Source: Ignicoccus pacificus DSM 13166 (GTDB lineage: Archaea > Thermoproteota > Thermoprotei_A > Sulfolobales > Ignicoccaceae). From it: 32,000 bases of DNA. Below, one piece after another: positions 7,778 through 17,136 of the stretch. The notes below the pieces were generated by a model that worked only from the letters and a program-made list of their open reading frames with translations, had not been told where the DNA came from and did no database searches. How positions within the stretch are numbered: the stretch's first letter is position 1; every line of letters begins with the position of its first letter. The DNA lies in the NCBI GenBank assembly GCA_025340205.1, contig CP006868.1, positions 1,560,001-1,592,000 of the forward strand. Direction: 5' to 3'. Made by a program: the position numbers and the translations under genes.

Positions 7778-8152
7778 ATGGTAGTGAAGTGCCCCTATGG
7801 CGAGAAGAAGGGCTTCGCCGTCTACTGCAAGATCTTGCGCAAGAAGGTTTCGCCTTTGAAGTACCCTTGTATGGGTAATTACGAGCACTGTCCTCATTAT
7901 AGAGAGGCACAAGAGCTCAGCGCCAGGACTGTGAAGCATGAGCCGGAAGCGGTGGAGGTGGTCATCGCAAGTAAGGTAGAGAAGAAAGAGGAGAAGTCCG
8001 CCCCTCCGCCTCCGACCTCGCCCACTTCCTTCAAGCCGCCGGAGCAAGCGAGTAACTGCTACGAGTGCGTGTACTACTCTTCTCTAACAGGATACTGCAT
8101 GAGGTTGAGAGTAAAGGTAGAGGATCCTTACTCTCCACCTTGTAAGAAATGA
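7778..8152 (+). CDS. Small Cys-rich protein with two related C-x-YC-x-PC modules separated by a Pro/Lys/Glu linker
   Basis: 124 aa. Module 1 is CPYGEKKGFAVYCKILRKKVSPLKYPC...CPH. Module 2 is CYECVYYSSLTGYCMRLRVKVEDPYSPPC. Own TATA-like box. No family recognised. Confidence 0.55.
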   Translation: MVVKCPYGEKKGFAVYCKILRKKVSPLKYPCMGNYEHCPHYREAQELSARTVKHEPEAVEVVIASKVEKKEEKSAPPPPTSPTSFKPPEQASNCYECVYYSSLTGYCMRLRVKVEDPYSPPCKK

Positions 8153-8164
8153 GGTTTAGAAAGA

Positions 8165-10333
8165 TTATATGGAGGCCCTCTTGACCTCCTCTGCCAATCT
8201 CTCGTACCTCAAGATGTCCTCTCTCTTCAGACTCGGCGGCACCGCCTTCAGAGCCTTCTCGAAGTGCTTCATGCTCACTGGGACCGGCTTGAGGTTCTCC
8301 CTTAGGGCAATTAAGGCAGCCTCTCTGCACACGGCCGCGATGTCGGCACCGGTGTAGCCTTGGGTCATCTCGGCCAGCTTCTCCAAATCGACGTCGTCTG
8401 CCAAGGGCATTCTCCTAGTGTGCACCCTGAAGATCTCTAACCTTGCCTTCTTGTCCGGAGGTGGTACGTAGATCAGTCTGTCGAACCTTCCGGGCCTCAG
8501 CAGAGCCGGGTCGAGCAAGTCGGGCCTGTTGGTGGCTGCTATTACGGTGACCCTCTGGAGGGGCTCTATTCCATCCATCTCGGTGAGTAGCTGGTTCACT
8601 ATCCTGTCGAGCACTCCGCTAACATCCCTTCCTCTTCTAGCGGCAATGCTGTCTATCTCATCGAAGAACACTATGGTTGGAGCCGCTTGCCTCGCCTTCC
8701 TGAATATCTCCCTTATCGCCTTCTCGCTCTCTCCCACCCACTTGCTGAGGACCTCAGGTCCTCTCACCGCGATGAAGTTCGCTTGGCTCTCGGTAGCAGC
8801 CGCCTTGGCTAAGAGCGTCTTACCGGTTCCGGGGGGACCGAAGAGGAGGATGCCCTTGGGAGGTTCGATACCCATCTCAGTGAAGAACTCTGGGTGCTTG
8901 AGCGGCCACACCACGGCCTCCTTCAGCTGCTGCTTGACCTCCTCTAGACCTCCTATGTCCTCCCAGTGGACCTCGGGGACCTCGATGTAGACCTCCCTCA
9001 TTAGAGTCGGCTGAACTACCTTCATTGCGTTCAAGAAGTCCTTGAAGCTAACCTTGAGTTTCTCGAGCTCGCTGGTGGGTATCTTCTCTACCTTAGTTAG
9101 GTCAATTCCCTTCTCCTTAAAGAATCTCCTCAGTGCATTCATCGCTGCCTCCTTCACCAAGGCAGCTAGGTCCGCTCCGGTGTAGCCGTGAGTCATCTCC
9201 GCTATCTTGTCTAGGTCCACGTCCTCCGCTAGAGGTACGTTCCTAGTGTGAACCTCCAGTATCGCCTTCCTCGCCCTCTTATCGGGCGGAGGTATCTCTA
9301 TCTCTCTGTCGAACCTTCCAGGTCTCCTTAGGGCCGGATCGATGGCGTCGGGCCTGTTGGTGGCTCCTATTACCACGACCCTTCCTCTCTCTTGCAGTCC
9401 GTCCATCAGCGTCAACAGCTGTGCCACTACCCTCTTCTCCACCTCGCCGGTTACCTCCTCCCTCTTGGGGGCTATGGCGTCTATCTCGTCGATGAATATG
9501 ATGCTCGGAGCGTTCTTCCTAGCCTCCTCGAAGATCTCCCTCAACCTCTGCTCGCTCTCTCCGTAGTACTTGCTCATGATCTCTGGTCCGTTTATGGCGA
9601 TGAAGTAAGCTCCTATCTCATTGGCTAGGGCCTTTGCCAACATGGTCTTACCGGTTCCAGGAGGGCCGTAGAGGAGCACTCCCTTGGGAGGCTCTATTCC
9701 TAGGTGCCTGAAGACCTCTGGATGCTTCATCGGTAGCTCGACTATCTCCCTTAGCCTCTCCTTGGCCTCCTCTAGGTCTCCTATGTCCTCCCAAGTTACC
9801 TTAGGAACGCCCTTTATTGCCTCCTCCTTCACCGGCTTCTTACTTATCTTCACCTCAGTGTTCTCAGTCACGTATACCTTGGTGCCGGGCTGAGTGCTGA
9901 CGACCAATAGCTCAATGCTGGTCCCGAAGAAGGGTATCAGCACCTTCTCTCCTCTAACCAAAGGCTTGCCCAAGAGCATCTTCTTTACGTACTGCTCGAA
10001 GTCCGGTCCGAACTCTATGGGCTCAGTGGGCGCTAGAGTTACCCTAGTAGCCTCCTCTACCTTAGCCTTCCTTACGGTCACGTAGTCGCCTATGCTCACT
10101 CCTATCTGTTGTCTGCTTAGTCCATCTATTCTAATGATGTTCTTACCCTCATCTTGAGGATGAGCTGGCCAAACTTGCAGAACGATACTTCCCTTGGGCC
10201 CCTCTACCTCCACGAAGTCTCCGGTCACGACGTCAAGCTCTTTCATGTTGTGTCTGCTGATCCTCGCTATCTTCCTTCCAACGTCCCTCTGGCGGGCCTC
10301 CGCTACCCTAAGCCTCAGCTCCTTCCCTTCCAT
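8165..10333 (-). CDS. cdc48: AAA+ ATPase Cdc48/VCP/p97 (two AAA domains plus N-domain)
   Basis: Two Walker A motifs (GPPGTGKT), two Walker B motifs ([16 protein letters not shown]) and SRH motifs ([40 protein letters not shown]). The N-domain reads RLRVAEA...IVLQVWPA. I prefer ATG 10333 (MEGKELRL), preceded by GGGAG, to the TTG at 10339. Confidence 0.95.
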   Translation of the reverse strand: MEGKELRLRVAEARQRDVGRKIARISRHNMKELDVVTGDFVEVEGPKGSIVLQVWPAHPQDEGKNIIRIDGLSRQQIGVSIGDYVTVRKAKVEEATRVTLAPTEPIEFGPDFEQYVKKMLLGKPLVRGEKVLIPFFGTSIELLVVSTQPGTKVYVTENTEVKISKKPVKEEAIKGVPKVTWEDIGDLEEAKERLREIVELPMKHPEVFRHLGIEPPKGVLLYGPPGTGKTMLAKALANEIGAYFIAINGPEIMSKYYGESEQRLREIFEEARKNAPSIIFIDEIDAIAPKREEVTGEVEKRVVAQLLTLMDGLQERGRVVVIGATNRPDAIDPALRRPGRFDREIEIPPPDKRARKAILEVHTRNVPLAEDVDLDKIAEMTHGYTGADLAALVKEAAMNALRRFFKEKGIDLTKVEKIPTSELEKLKVSFKDFLNAMKVVQPTLMREVYIEVPEVHWEDIGGLEEVKQQLKEAVVWPLKHPEFFTEMGIEPPKGILLFGPPGTGKTLLAKAAATESQANFIAVRGPEVLSKWVGESEKAIREIFRKARQAAPTIVFFDEIDSIAARRGRDVSGVLDRIVNQLLTEMDGIEPLQRVTVIAATNRPDLLDPALLRPGRFDRLIYVPPPDKKARLEIFRVHTRRMPLADDVDLEKLAEMTQGYTGADIAAVCREAALIALRENLKPVPVSMKHFEKALKAVPPSLKREDILRYERLAEEVKRASI

Positions 10334-10390
10334 ACACAATCTCCCGTGATATCACTTGAGCGAATTACTTAAGAATAGGGGTCTTCAGCA

Positions 10391-10400
10391 CTTATTATAA
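10391..10400 (-). promoter_or_regulatory. TATA-like element (TTATAATAAG on the minus strand) upstream of cdc48
   Basis: AT-rich box about 55 nt upstream of the ATG. This is compatible with a short leader carrying the GGGAG SD-like motif. Confidence 0.35.
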
Positions 10401-10405
10401 GAACT

Positions 10406-11770
10406 TTACTTCAAGGAGTCATAACATCTTCCGATTCTCGACCATTCATTGCTCACGAACTTCACTAACTCCTCTATTCCATTGAGGACCTTGTTTAATA
10501 TGGGCCTCCAGTTCCCTGGAGAACCCAAGTTCCTCCTAGAAGCTATTGGATCCTCTAGCCTCTCCTCACCCAAGACGCTTCTCTCTATCGCATCCATATC
10601 GTATCCGTGTTCTTTTACGGCCAAAGCTACTCTCTTATAGGCCTCCCTGAACGGGATACCTTTTTTCATACTCAAGTACTCTGCCACATCAGCAGCTCTC
10701 AAGGGATATGAGAAGGCCCTCTCAACTCCCTTACCTACCTCAACCTCTCTGACGAAGTCAGCTATGACTATTACAGTTCTCCTAAAGCGTCTGAAGGCCT
10801 CCCATAAGCTAGGCGAGAGCTGTTGTAGATCGAGGCAGTACCCGGAAGGTAGACCCTTAAGCGTCAGCATGAACTCTTGAAGAACAGAGTTTACCTTGGC
10901 TAGCTCAGCTCTAGCTATCTCCAAGGTAGCAGGATTTCTCTTATGAGGCATTATAGAAGAGGTGCCCGCATGCGAAGAAGGCACTTCAACTAACCCAACC
11001 ATAGGGTTAGAGAACAAGAACATATCCTCGAGGAACCTCCAGAGGACGAGGCTCAAGAGTTGGAGGACTTGAAGGCTCGCCACCATGAATTCTCTGCTAG
11101 TGGTAGCGTAGATCGTGTTCATAGCTAAGTCCTTGAAGCATAACTTTTCACATATCCTACTCCTGTTCACAGGTACAGTGCTTCCGGCTACTGCCGCACT
11201 TCCCATGGGACATTTATCTATGAATTCATAAGCACCAAAGATAATTGAGGTTATATCAATTATCTCCTCAGCGAAGTTAAGTAAGTAGTGACCGAAGGTC
11301 GTAGGTTGAGCAGGTTGGAAGTGAGTGAACGCGGGAAAGGGGACGTCGGTATAGGCCGCGGCCTTGGTCACCATTTCCTTTAGGAGTACTATCAAGGAAT
11401 CCATTAGGTCTAACATCTCTTCTCTTACCCTCATTCTGAGAGCCGTAGCTACTTGGTCGTTCCTGCTCTTACCGAGGTTAAGCCACTTACCCTCAGCTGT
11501 TCTCTTACTCACATGATACTCTATAGCCTCATGGATGTCCTCATAGGTACCCCTTACTTCGGTACAATCGAAGTCCTCCAACACCTCCAAGAGTTTCGAG
11601 ACTACCTTGGTACTCAAGTTCCCGGATTCCCCGAGCTCTATCACGTGGGCCTTCAAGACGTCGATAACATAATCGCATATGTAGAGGTCAAAGGACATAG
11701 ATGATATGTAACTCGAAATCCACTTCGGTTGGGAGCCCAAGGCGTAGCTCCGGTACTGCTCCACCCTCAC
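10406..11770 (-). CDS. argH: Argininosuccinate lyase (lyase-1/fumarase superfamily)
   Basis: 454 aa with a GTG start. GKSRNDQVATALRMRVRE matches the ASL SRNDQV motif. GTSSIMPHKRNPATLE matches the GSSxMPxKxN signature. No argG neighbour. Confidence 0.8.
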   Translation of the reverse strand: MRVEQYRSYALGSQPKWISSYISSMSFDLYICDYVIDVLKAHVIELGESGNLSTKVVSKLLEVLEDFDCTEVRGTYEDIHEAIEYHVSKRTAEGKWLNLGKSRNDQVATALRMRVREEMLDLMDSLIVLLKEMVTKAAAYTDVPFPAFTHFQPAQPTTFGHYLLNFAEEIIDITSIIFGAYEFIDKCPMGSAAVAGSTVPVNRSRICEKLCFKDLAMNTIYATTSREFMVASLQVLQLLSLVLWRFLEDMFLFSNPMVGLVEVPSSHAGTSSIMPHKRNPATLEIARAELAKVNSVLQEFMLTLKGLPSGYCLDLQQLSPSLWEAFRRFRRTVIVIADFVREVEVGKGVERAFSYPLRAADVAEYLSMKKGIPFREAYKRVALAVKEHGYDMDAIERSVLGEERLEDPIASRRNLGSPGNWRPILNKVLNGIEELVKFVSNEWSRIGRCYDSLK

Positions 11771-11827
11771 TTCCCCGACGAAGACGTTTTAGGTATTATT
11801 TAGGTGAGCTAACGGAGGAGGAAGCGC

Positions 11828-12109
11828 ATGAACAACCCTTGGATGAAAGCAGCAGAGGAGTACGTTTGGGGCGCCGACATATTGATGACTATGGGGAGGT
11901 ACGCCCAAGCGCTTCTACTGGCTGCCCATTCCTACGACCTATGTACTAAGGCAAGGAGAGGTGACTTCAGCAAAGAGCCGCTGAAGTACGCTCCCGAGGA
12001 GTGGATTCAGCTGCTCTTCCCCGAGGGGGATCAAACTCCAGAAGACTTGGTTACTGAGGACAAGGCTTTAGAAGCTCTTGAGAGGGCAAAGAGATGCCTA
12101 GGGCTGTGA
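11828..12109 (+). CDS. Hypothetical small helical protein (possibly HEPN-like; weak)
   Basis: 93 aa. TATA-like TTTTAGGTATTATTTA (11787-11802) and GGAGGAGG lie 6 nt before the ATG. AEEYVWGADILMTMGRYAQALLLAAHSYDLCTKA resembles a HEPN helix pair, but I see no R-x4-H motif. Confidence 0.5.
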   Translation: MNNPWMKAAEEYVWGADILMTMGRYAQALLLAAHSYDLCTKARRGDFSKEPLKYAPEEWIQLLFPEGDQTPEDLVTEDKALEALERAKRCLGL

Positions 12110-12162
12110 CGAGGAATCCGGGATCAGAGCTCTCGCGATGATGATTAGACTCGCAGCGGAGC

Positions 12163-13191
12163 GTGGTTCTATTGATAGGCTTAGTCGGAATAGCCTTGGA
12201 ATACTTCTTAGTCATATTCTTACCAACGGCTTTGATTCTCTCGTATCTGTACTTAGCCTCGCTTAGAGCTTACTTGGAGGGGGGCTCTAGAGGCTTCAAG
12301 TTAGCCGTCCTTCTGGGCGTGATACTCTCTTGGCTCGCAGCTATGCCCGGCCCTTTGGTTTTCATCGGAGCTTACTTGACTTCGTTGTTCCTCTTCTCCT
12401 TAGTGTGGTGGCCTAACTTCGAGCACTCGAAGACTTGGAGGGGGAAGCTCGAGGAATTCCTAGACTTTATTAAGAGACCAAAGGAGAGGTTCTTCGAAGG
12501 TTGTAGGACTTTCTCTGGATGTGTTCTCCGCTTTACCGCCTCGTGGCCCGCTCCCGCTACCATCGCCTCGACGCTTCAAGGTTTCTTAGCACCCCTAGTC
12601 TTGTTCGCAACGGGCTACGCTATCAACACCAATGTTGAAATACCTGAGTTCATAAAAGAGAAACCTTATTCTGAGAAGATAGCTTCCGCTATGAGGATAA
12701 TCATGACTTTGATAGCGTGGGCATACGCTGTAATGAATATACTGAAGAACCTGCTTCTCCCTCATTGGGTCCTAGTTCAAGAATATATAATAGCAGGTGA
12801 GACTTCGAAGCTCCCGTTAACGGCAAGGCTCTTAGCGATACTCTTTGGGAAGACGGCGGCCTACGTCTACGGCGCCCTCGTTGTAATACTAGCGGTTTAC
12901 ACGGCTTACAGGATATATCAACTACTCTCAAGGGTCGTTGGAGGTCCGCATACCTTCACCGCCCTAGCGCCGGTGATAGGCTACGCTCTAGCGGCGAACA
13001 AGCTAGGGGAACCCATGACCTCCATAGGCTATGCGCTCGGCATGACTATTGCCTTAAAGGGAATAGATCTCAGTGGCACCGGAAGGTTCCTTTTAAAACT
13101 GGAGAGGTTCGTTATTCGATTAGGTAGAGCTCTGTTAGAATATGATGTCCCGTTGGGACCATTGGCTAGGCTGTTGGGGGTGAAACGTTGA
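12163..13191 (+). CDS. Polytopic membrane protein, unknown function
   Basis: 342 aa with a GTG start and multiple hydrophobic helices. Its stop overlaps the next start. Confidence 0.6.
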   Translation: MVLLIGLVGIALEYFLVIFLPTALILSYLYLASLRAYLEGGSRGFKLAVLLGVILSWLAAMPGPLVFIGAYLTSLFLFSLVWWPNFEHSKTWRGKLEEFLDFIKRPKERFFEGCRTFSGCVLRFTASWPAPATIASTLQGFLAPLVLFATGYAINTNVEIPEFIKEKPYSEKIASAMRIIMTLIAWAYAVMNILKNLLLPHWVLVQEYIIAGETSKLPLTARLLAILFGKTAAYVYGALVVILAVYTAYRIYQLLSRVVGGPHTFTALAPVIGYALAANKLGEPMTSIGYALGMTIALKGIDLSGTGRFLLKLERFVIRLGRALLEYDVPLGPLARLLGVKR

Positions 13192-13781
13192 GCAGCGAGG
13201 AGCTCTCTAGAGCACTGGGAGTAGTTAGGGAGATCAGCATTTGCAGGGTAAAGAACTTAGCTAAGGCGATGAACTCGCTCTCCTCTGCAATTTCGGCTAT
13301 GCTCACGGCTCTAATTGCTTCCTTCTTCGCTTACTTGTTCATAAGAGAGCCTATCTTTGGTTCCCTTCTCCTAGTTTCCATCTTATTCTTACTGGAGCTC
13401 ATAGTTTATTGGACCGCAAAGAAGAGCTTTACATACACCTTTAGGATGGCTGAAATTGCAGGAGAGAAGATAAATGATATCTACCTAATGTTATTTCCGT
13501 TAGCGATGCTAGTACCTCTAGCTATCTCAAAGTTCATTTACGTTCCCCAACTCACCTTGGCCTCCCCCTTCTTCGCCATAGGCGTCCTGAAGATAATCTC
13601 TAATACTGAGACTCCGAGGAGGGTGGGAGGCGTCGCCCTCATAAGCCTGTCAATGATTTCCAGTGCGGCGCCTCTCTCGACCACCCCGACAGCACTCTCA
13701 ATAGGGCTTGCCCTTAGCAACGTGATAGAGAGTTTGATGTTCATAGAGGAGGCTGAAAAGTGTGGAGGAGAGAGGACCTAG
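13188..13781 (+). CDS. Polytopic membrane protein, unknown function
   Basis: 197 aa. The TTG start overlaps the upstream stop (TTGA). Four or five hydrophobic segments. Confidence 0.55.
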   Translation: MSSEELSRALGVVREISICRVKNLAKAMNSLSSAISAMLTALIASFFAYLFIREPIFGSLLLVSILFLLELIVYWTAKKSFTYTFRMAEIAGEKINDIYLMLFPLAMLVPLAISKFIYVPQLTLASPFFAIGVLKIISNTETPRRVGGVALISLSMISSAAPLSTTPTALSIGLALSNVIESLMFIEEAEKCGGERT

Positions 13782-13800
13782 CGACGCTCTGCGAAAGCTT

Positions 13801-14121
13801 ATGGCACTCAAAATGAATCCCACGCGCATGGCTATTCTGCTCTATCTCGCGGCAAAGGGAGAGGTTAAGTTCAAGACATTATGTAAGGACTTGAAGCTGA
13901 CTCCGGGAAACGCCTGGAGCCATTTAGAGAAGCTCCAACGAGAGGGTCTCATAGAAATGAAGAGGGAGTTGCCCATTACTGGTAGCAAGGTTTCTGTGAG
14001 ACTCACTAAGAAGGGGTACGAGAGGGCCGACGAGATATTGAAGGTTATTTCAGAGTTAAGCAACCTTAGGTATCTTCTCTCTGGCGCTCTTGAGGGTTCC
14101 GAAGGCTCTGAGGGGGATTAA
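13801..14121 (+). CDS. Winged-helix (ArsR-like) transcriptional regulator
   Basis: MNPTRMAILLYLAAKGEVKFKTLCKDLKLTPGNAWSHLEKLQREGLIEMKRE is a classic wHTH. I prefer ATG 13801 (MALKMNPTR) to the GTG at 13762. The 3' end overlaps the convergent Pop5 gene by 66 nt. Confidence 0.7.
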   Translation: MALKMNPTRMAILLYLAAKGEVKFKTLCKDLKLTPGNAWSHLEKLQREGLIEMKRELPITGSKVSVRLTKKGYERADEILKVISELSNLRYLLSGALEGSEGSEGD

Positions 14122-14451
14122 CCTTACCCTGGTACCACAAGCCTCCTTAAGGAGCATGGTCGATGAAGCTAGGATCTCTTTGCCTTCTAGGTCACACCTG
14201 ACGATGATGCTATTAGTGTTAAGATCAAAGTAAACCAGCTTAGGGTTAGCTATAGCGAGACCTATCCTTCCGTAGCCCTTCTCTATAGCTTCCTTCATCG
14301 CCTCTTGGAGGCAAGAGGGATCGAGCTTTTCCGGCTCCTCGGCTAACACTTGCATCAGAACGTACCTTCTCCTCTCCTTCTCCCTCTTTTTAGATAGATT
14401 GACCTTCTCGACCCTTACTACACATTCTCTTTTCCAGAGTATAGATACCAA
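14056..14451 (-). CDS. rnp2: RNase P protein component 2 (Pop5/Rpp14 homolog)
   Basis: RRYVLMQVLAEE...LQEAMKEAIEKGYGRIGLAIANPKLVYFDLNTNSIIVRCDLEGKE...RLIPLRAFGTLKSAREKI follows the archaeal Pop5 pattern (KRYIAF...IIRCD...GVSGTIK). The ORF stays open to 14535, but that adds a TM-like segment and overlaps the upstream ORF. I therefore place the start at the in-frame TTG 14451. The start remains uncertain. Confidence 0.75.
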   Translation of the reverse strand: MVSILWKRECVVRVEKVNLSKKREKERRRYVLMQVLAEEPEKLDPSCLQEAMKEAIEKGYGRIGLAIANPKLVYFDLNTNSIIVRCDLEGKEILASSTMLLKEACGTRVRLIPLRAFGTLKSAREKIPKVA

Positions 14452-14468
14452 TGAGAGGATTAGGGCGA

Positions 14469-14795
14469 CTATGGCAATAGTTGTTCCTCCGAACATTCCA
14501 CTTCCCTCGGTAACGTTAGCCCGAGCTTCTTCCACGCTTCTAAGAGAAGCTCCTTCGCTTCCTTCTCATCGATCTCACGATTGATACAGAGCTTGACGAA
14601 TATATCCTCCTTGCCTTCTACCTCGATCCCGATGATGGATCCTCCTTCTTCCTTTCTTTCGGTCACCTTTACCTCTTCGGACTCAAGGATCGTTTCCCCA
14701 CCCTTACCCTTTGAATAAACATCTATTAGGACTAGATTACAATCTTCACCTTCAATAAAGAGTACTCTATGTTGACCACAGATAAAGCTCTTCAA
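14469..14795 (-). CDS. Hypothetical protein
   Basis: 108 aa. The TTG start lies 4 nt after the stop of the upstream Zn-ribbon gene. Same operon as Pop5. No family recognised. Confidence 0.45.
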   Translation of the reverse strand: MKSFICGQHRVLFIEGEDCNLVLIDVYSKGKGGETILESEEVKVTERKEEGGSIIGIEVEGKEDIFVKLCINREIDEKEAKELLLEAWKKLGLTLPREVECSEEQLLP

Positions 14796-14799
14796 GGTA

Positions 14800-15033
14800 T
14801 CACTCGGAGAACTTTATGACTGGAACTAGCTGGGATCTGCAGTAAGGGCACCTTCCCCCTAGCTCCTTGTACTCTTCAGCACAGAAGTAGACGTTCAGCT
14901 TAGGGGTACACTTCGGACACTTGTATACCGGCTCTTTACTCACGTCAGCGTACCTGGCGTGGATGGCGCACCTAACGGTAACCCATCCCTTATGTCCTTG
15001 AGCGTTTACTCCATACACTCCTCCATACGACAT
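14800..15033 (-). CDS. Small zinc-ribbon protein
   Basis: 77 aa with CPKC...CPYC pairs. ATG start with an upstream AT-rich box. First gene of the minus-strand operon. Confidence 0.55.
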   Translation of the reverse strand: MSYGGVYGVNAQGHKGWVTVRCAIHARYADVSKEPVYKCPKCTPKLNVYFCAEEYKELGGRCPYCRSQLVPVIKFSE

Positions 15034-15117
15034 ATCTCGCTCCCCACGAGGGGGACATTGTGAGGATTAAATACCTCAACTTTTATCCATACCTCCATTG
15101 ATGGGCTGGTAACGGGA

Positions 15118-16395
15118 TTGCTGACCTTAGTCGTCCGAAGCAAGAGGGACGCGGATGCGCTAAAGAACATGTTGAAGAACTATCGAGGATCTTGGGACGC
15201 CGAAGTCCTTACCTTGAAGGGCGCTAGGGGGGAAAGGATCCTAGACGAACTACCTTCAATGGTATCATCTGATAGGATATACTTGGTCTTGCTAGGAAGG
15301 GAGGAGAAGGATATTGTAAGGGATTTGAGCAAGAAGACGCCGCCCAATGTCATAGTTCACATGGTACCCAAGAAGAGACTGAGAAACGCCAGATTAAGGG
15401 AGATGAGTTGGGAGTTGGAGGTCGCTAAAAGTCAACCTAGGCTCTGGTTCTCGTGGGAGGGGCCTCAAGCTTTTCTTAAAAAGAGATACATTAGAGGTGA
15501 GCCGGCCTCCGACTTGTTCTTGGGTTGGGGGCTTTGGTGGAAGACTCTAGGGATAGGTGATCCTTCACCAAAGGCATTTCTTGTGAAGAAGGGCGAAGGC
15601 GGATACCATGAGGTATATTCTAGAGGAAGAGTAGCCGCTATGTTCGAACTGGAAGACGATAGAGGTCCCGACACTACCTTGCTAGGGAAAGTAGAGGGCT
15701 TTGATTTGAAGAGGTTTGCAGAGTTAAGCAAAGACCTCGTGGAGAGCTTCGTAAAGGCTTCGGCTTCCTTGTTCGAAGGGTGTGAGCGCGTTGCCGTACC
15801 TTGGAGTGGGGGTAAGGATAGCACCGCTGCCTTGCTGATAGCTAAGAGGTTTTGTGATGACGTGAAGGCGATATATGTCGACACAGGAGTAGACATGGGT
15901 CTAAACATATACTATGTCAAGGAGTTAGCGGAAAGGCTTGACGTAGAACTTCATGTAGTCAAGGCCCCAGTCAAAGAGGAAATAGAAAGGAGGGGGTTGC
16001 CCCCAAAGGAGGACAGATGGTGTACAGGGCTCAAGATTAAGGCACTTGAGAACAAACTCAAGGAGTTAAAGGTAGACAGAGTGGTGGTTGGAGATAGGGA
16101 CGCTGAGTCTGTGTCTAGGTCTAAGAGGTGGGAGGTCAGGGAATGGGAAGGCGTTGGAAAAGTGATAGCTCCCCTGAAGCTGTGGAGTGCCGCCATGGTA
16201 CAGTCCTTCTTGATCTCCGAAGGCGTTCCGATAAACCCTCTCTATCCCTTAGGGTTCTACAGATTAGGATGCTACATTTGTCCTTTTTTGAGAAAGTACG
16301 AGAAGAGGTTGCTTAGGGAGGTAAGGGCCGCGAGGATGGGGGCAGACCTTAATCTGCTGAGGAGGTTTTTGGAGGGGGTTGACTTTGAGCTGTAG
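15118..16395 (+). CDS. PP-loop ATP pyrophosphatase of the PAPS-reductase family with an unknown N-terminal domain of about 210 aa
   Basis: 425 aa with a TTG start. VAVPWSGGKDSTAALL is the PP-loop. DRWCTGLKIKALE, VVGDRDAES, APLKLWS, INPLYPLGFYRLGCYICP follow the PAPS reductase/CysH-DndC-like pattern. I did not recognise residues 1-210. Confidence 0.8.
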   Translation: MLTLVVRSKRDADALKNMLKNYRGSWDAEVLTLKGARGERILDELPSMVSSDRIYLVLLGREEKDIVRDLSKKTPPNVIVHMVPKKRLRNARLREMSWELEVAKSQPRLWFSWEGPQAFLKKRYIRGEPASDLFLGWGLWWKTLGIGDPSPKAFLVKKGEGGYHEVYSRGRVAAMFELEDDRGPDTTLLGKVEGFDLKRFAELSKDLVESFVKASASLFEGCERVAVPWSGGKDSTAALLIAKRFCDDVKAIYVDTGVDMGLNIYYVKELAERLDVELHVVKAPVKEEIERRGLPPKEDRWCTGLKIKALENKLKELKVDRVVVGDRDAESVSRSKRWEVREWEGVGKVIAPLKLWSAAMVQSFLISEGVPINPLYPLGFYRLGCYICPFLRKYEKRLLREVRAARMGADLNLLRRFLEGVDFEL

Positions 16396-17104
16396 ACAGA
16401 AGCGAGCGTTCTTAGACTCCCTTGCTAAGGCACTTACCGAAATCTCGAAGAAGGACGCTAATCCTGCTACCATAACCCTCGTCGAGTCACTAAGCTCCTT
16501 AGCCGATAACTTCAGACCGAGGATAGCTTGTTCTCCCCTAAGTCCCAAGCTCTGGGACACATTGAACAACTATCTTAGCGAGTTACTCTCGTCGGATCTT
16601 CCAAAGGCTAAGAGAATGGTTGAGAACTTGAGGGATTCCGTGCTTTCGTTGCAAATGGCAGAGCTCTCGTGGCAGCAGCGAACAATAACCATACTTGGTG
16701 CCTTAGCTGCTCTGACCTTCCTCGTAACGGGTCCTTCCCTTCCCTTCTACGGACTCCTAGGTTCATCAATGATAGCGATAGCTAGGCCCATAGAGGGGGG
16801 CATTCTATCCGTATTCTGGGCCCTTTTCCTGAGCGTCACTCAACCCATATTGGGTGCCTTAGTAGCCTTCGCTGCTATGATGACAACGTTTTCCTTTGTT
16901 CCACCTTCTCTAAACTTGGAGGTGCCCAAAGTGGAGGTGGAGGCCCCCAGCGAGGAAGAGGTGTTGAAACTCTTCGAAGAAGTCTATGGAAGAAAGGGAA
17001 GGGATCTCTTCTATTTTGAACTCAAGCAGCTGATGATATATGGGATGACTAAGGAGGAGGCGTTGAGCGAACTCTGGAAGAGGCTGGTCGGGGAAACGAC
17101 TTAA
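16379..17104 (+). CDS. Membrane protein (about 3 TM) with soluble N- and C-terminal regions
   Basis: 241 aa. The TTG start overlaps the upstream gene by 17 nt. Hydrophobic core ITILGALAALTFLV...ILSVFWALFLSV...LGALVAFAAMMTTFSF. Confidence 0.55.
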   Translation: MTLSCRQKRAFLDSLAKALTEISKKDANPATITLVESLSSLADNFRPRIACSPLSPKLWDTLNNYLSELLSSDLPKAKRMVENLRDSVLSLQMAELSWQQRTITILGALAALTFLVTGPSLPFYGLLGSSMIAIARPIEGGILSVFWALFLSVTQPILGALVAFAAMMTTFSFVPPSLNLEVPKVEVEAPSEEEVLKLFEEVYGRKGRDLFYFELKQLMIYGMTKEEALSELWKRLVGETT

Positions 17105-17136
17105 CTCTCGCCTCTACACGCTGAGGGGGTGAGAGC

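Noticed and set aside
8169-10372. A series of plus-strand ORFs of 62-153 aa (8169-8357, 8529-8990, 9342-9566, 9392-9628, 9684-9893, 9894-10085, 10154-10372).
   Set aside because: All lie antisense inside the strongly supported cdc48 gene. They have Ser/Leu/Pro-rich low-complexity translations typical of shadow ORFs in a GC-biased coding strand.
11701-11949. An 82-aa plus-strand ORF overlapping the argH start and the 11828 ORF in another frame.
   Set aside because: The translation is Arg/Ser/Pro-rich. It overlaps the promoter/SD region and the better-supported 11828-12109 ORF.
15465-16569. Minus-strand ORFs 15465-15908 (147 aa), 15951-16196 and 16264-16569.
   Set aside because: They are antisense to the PP-loop enzyme and the downstream membrane protein. 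They are Ser/Leu-rich shadows.
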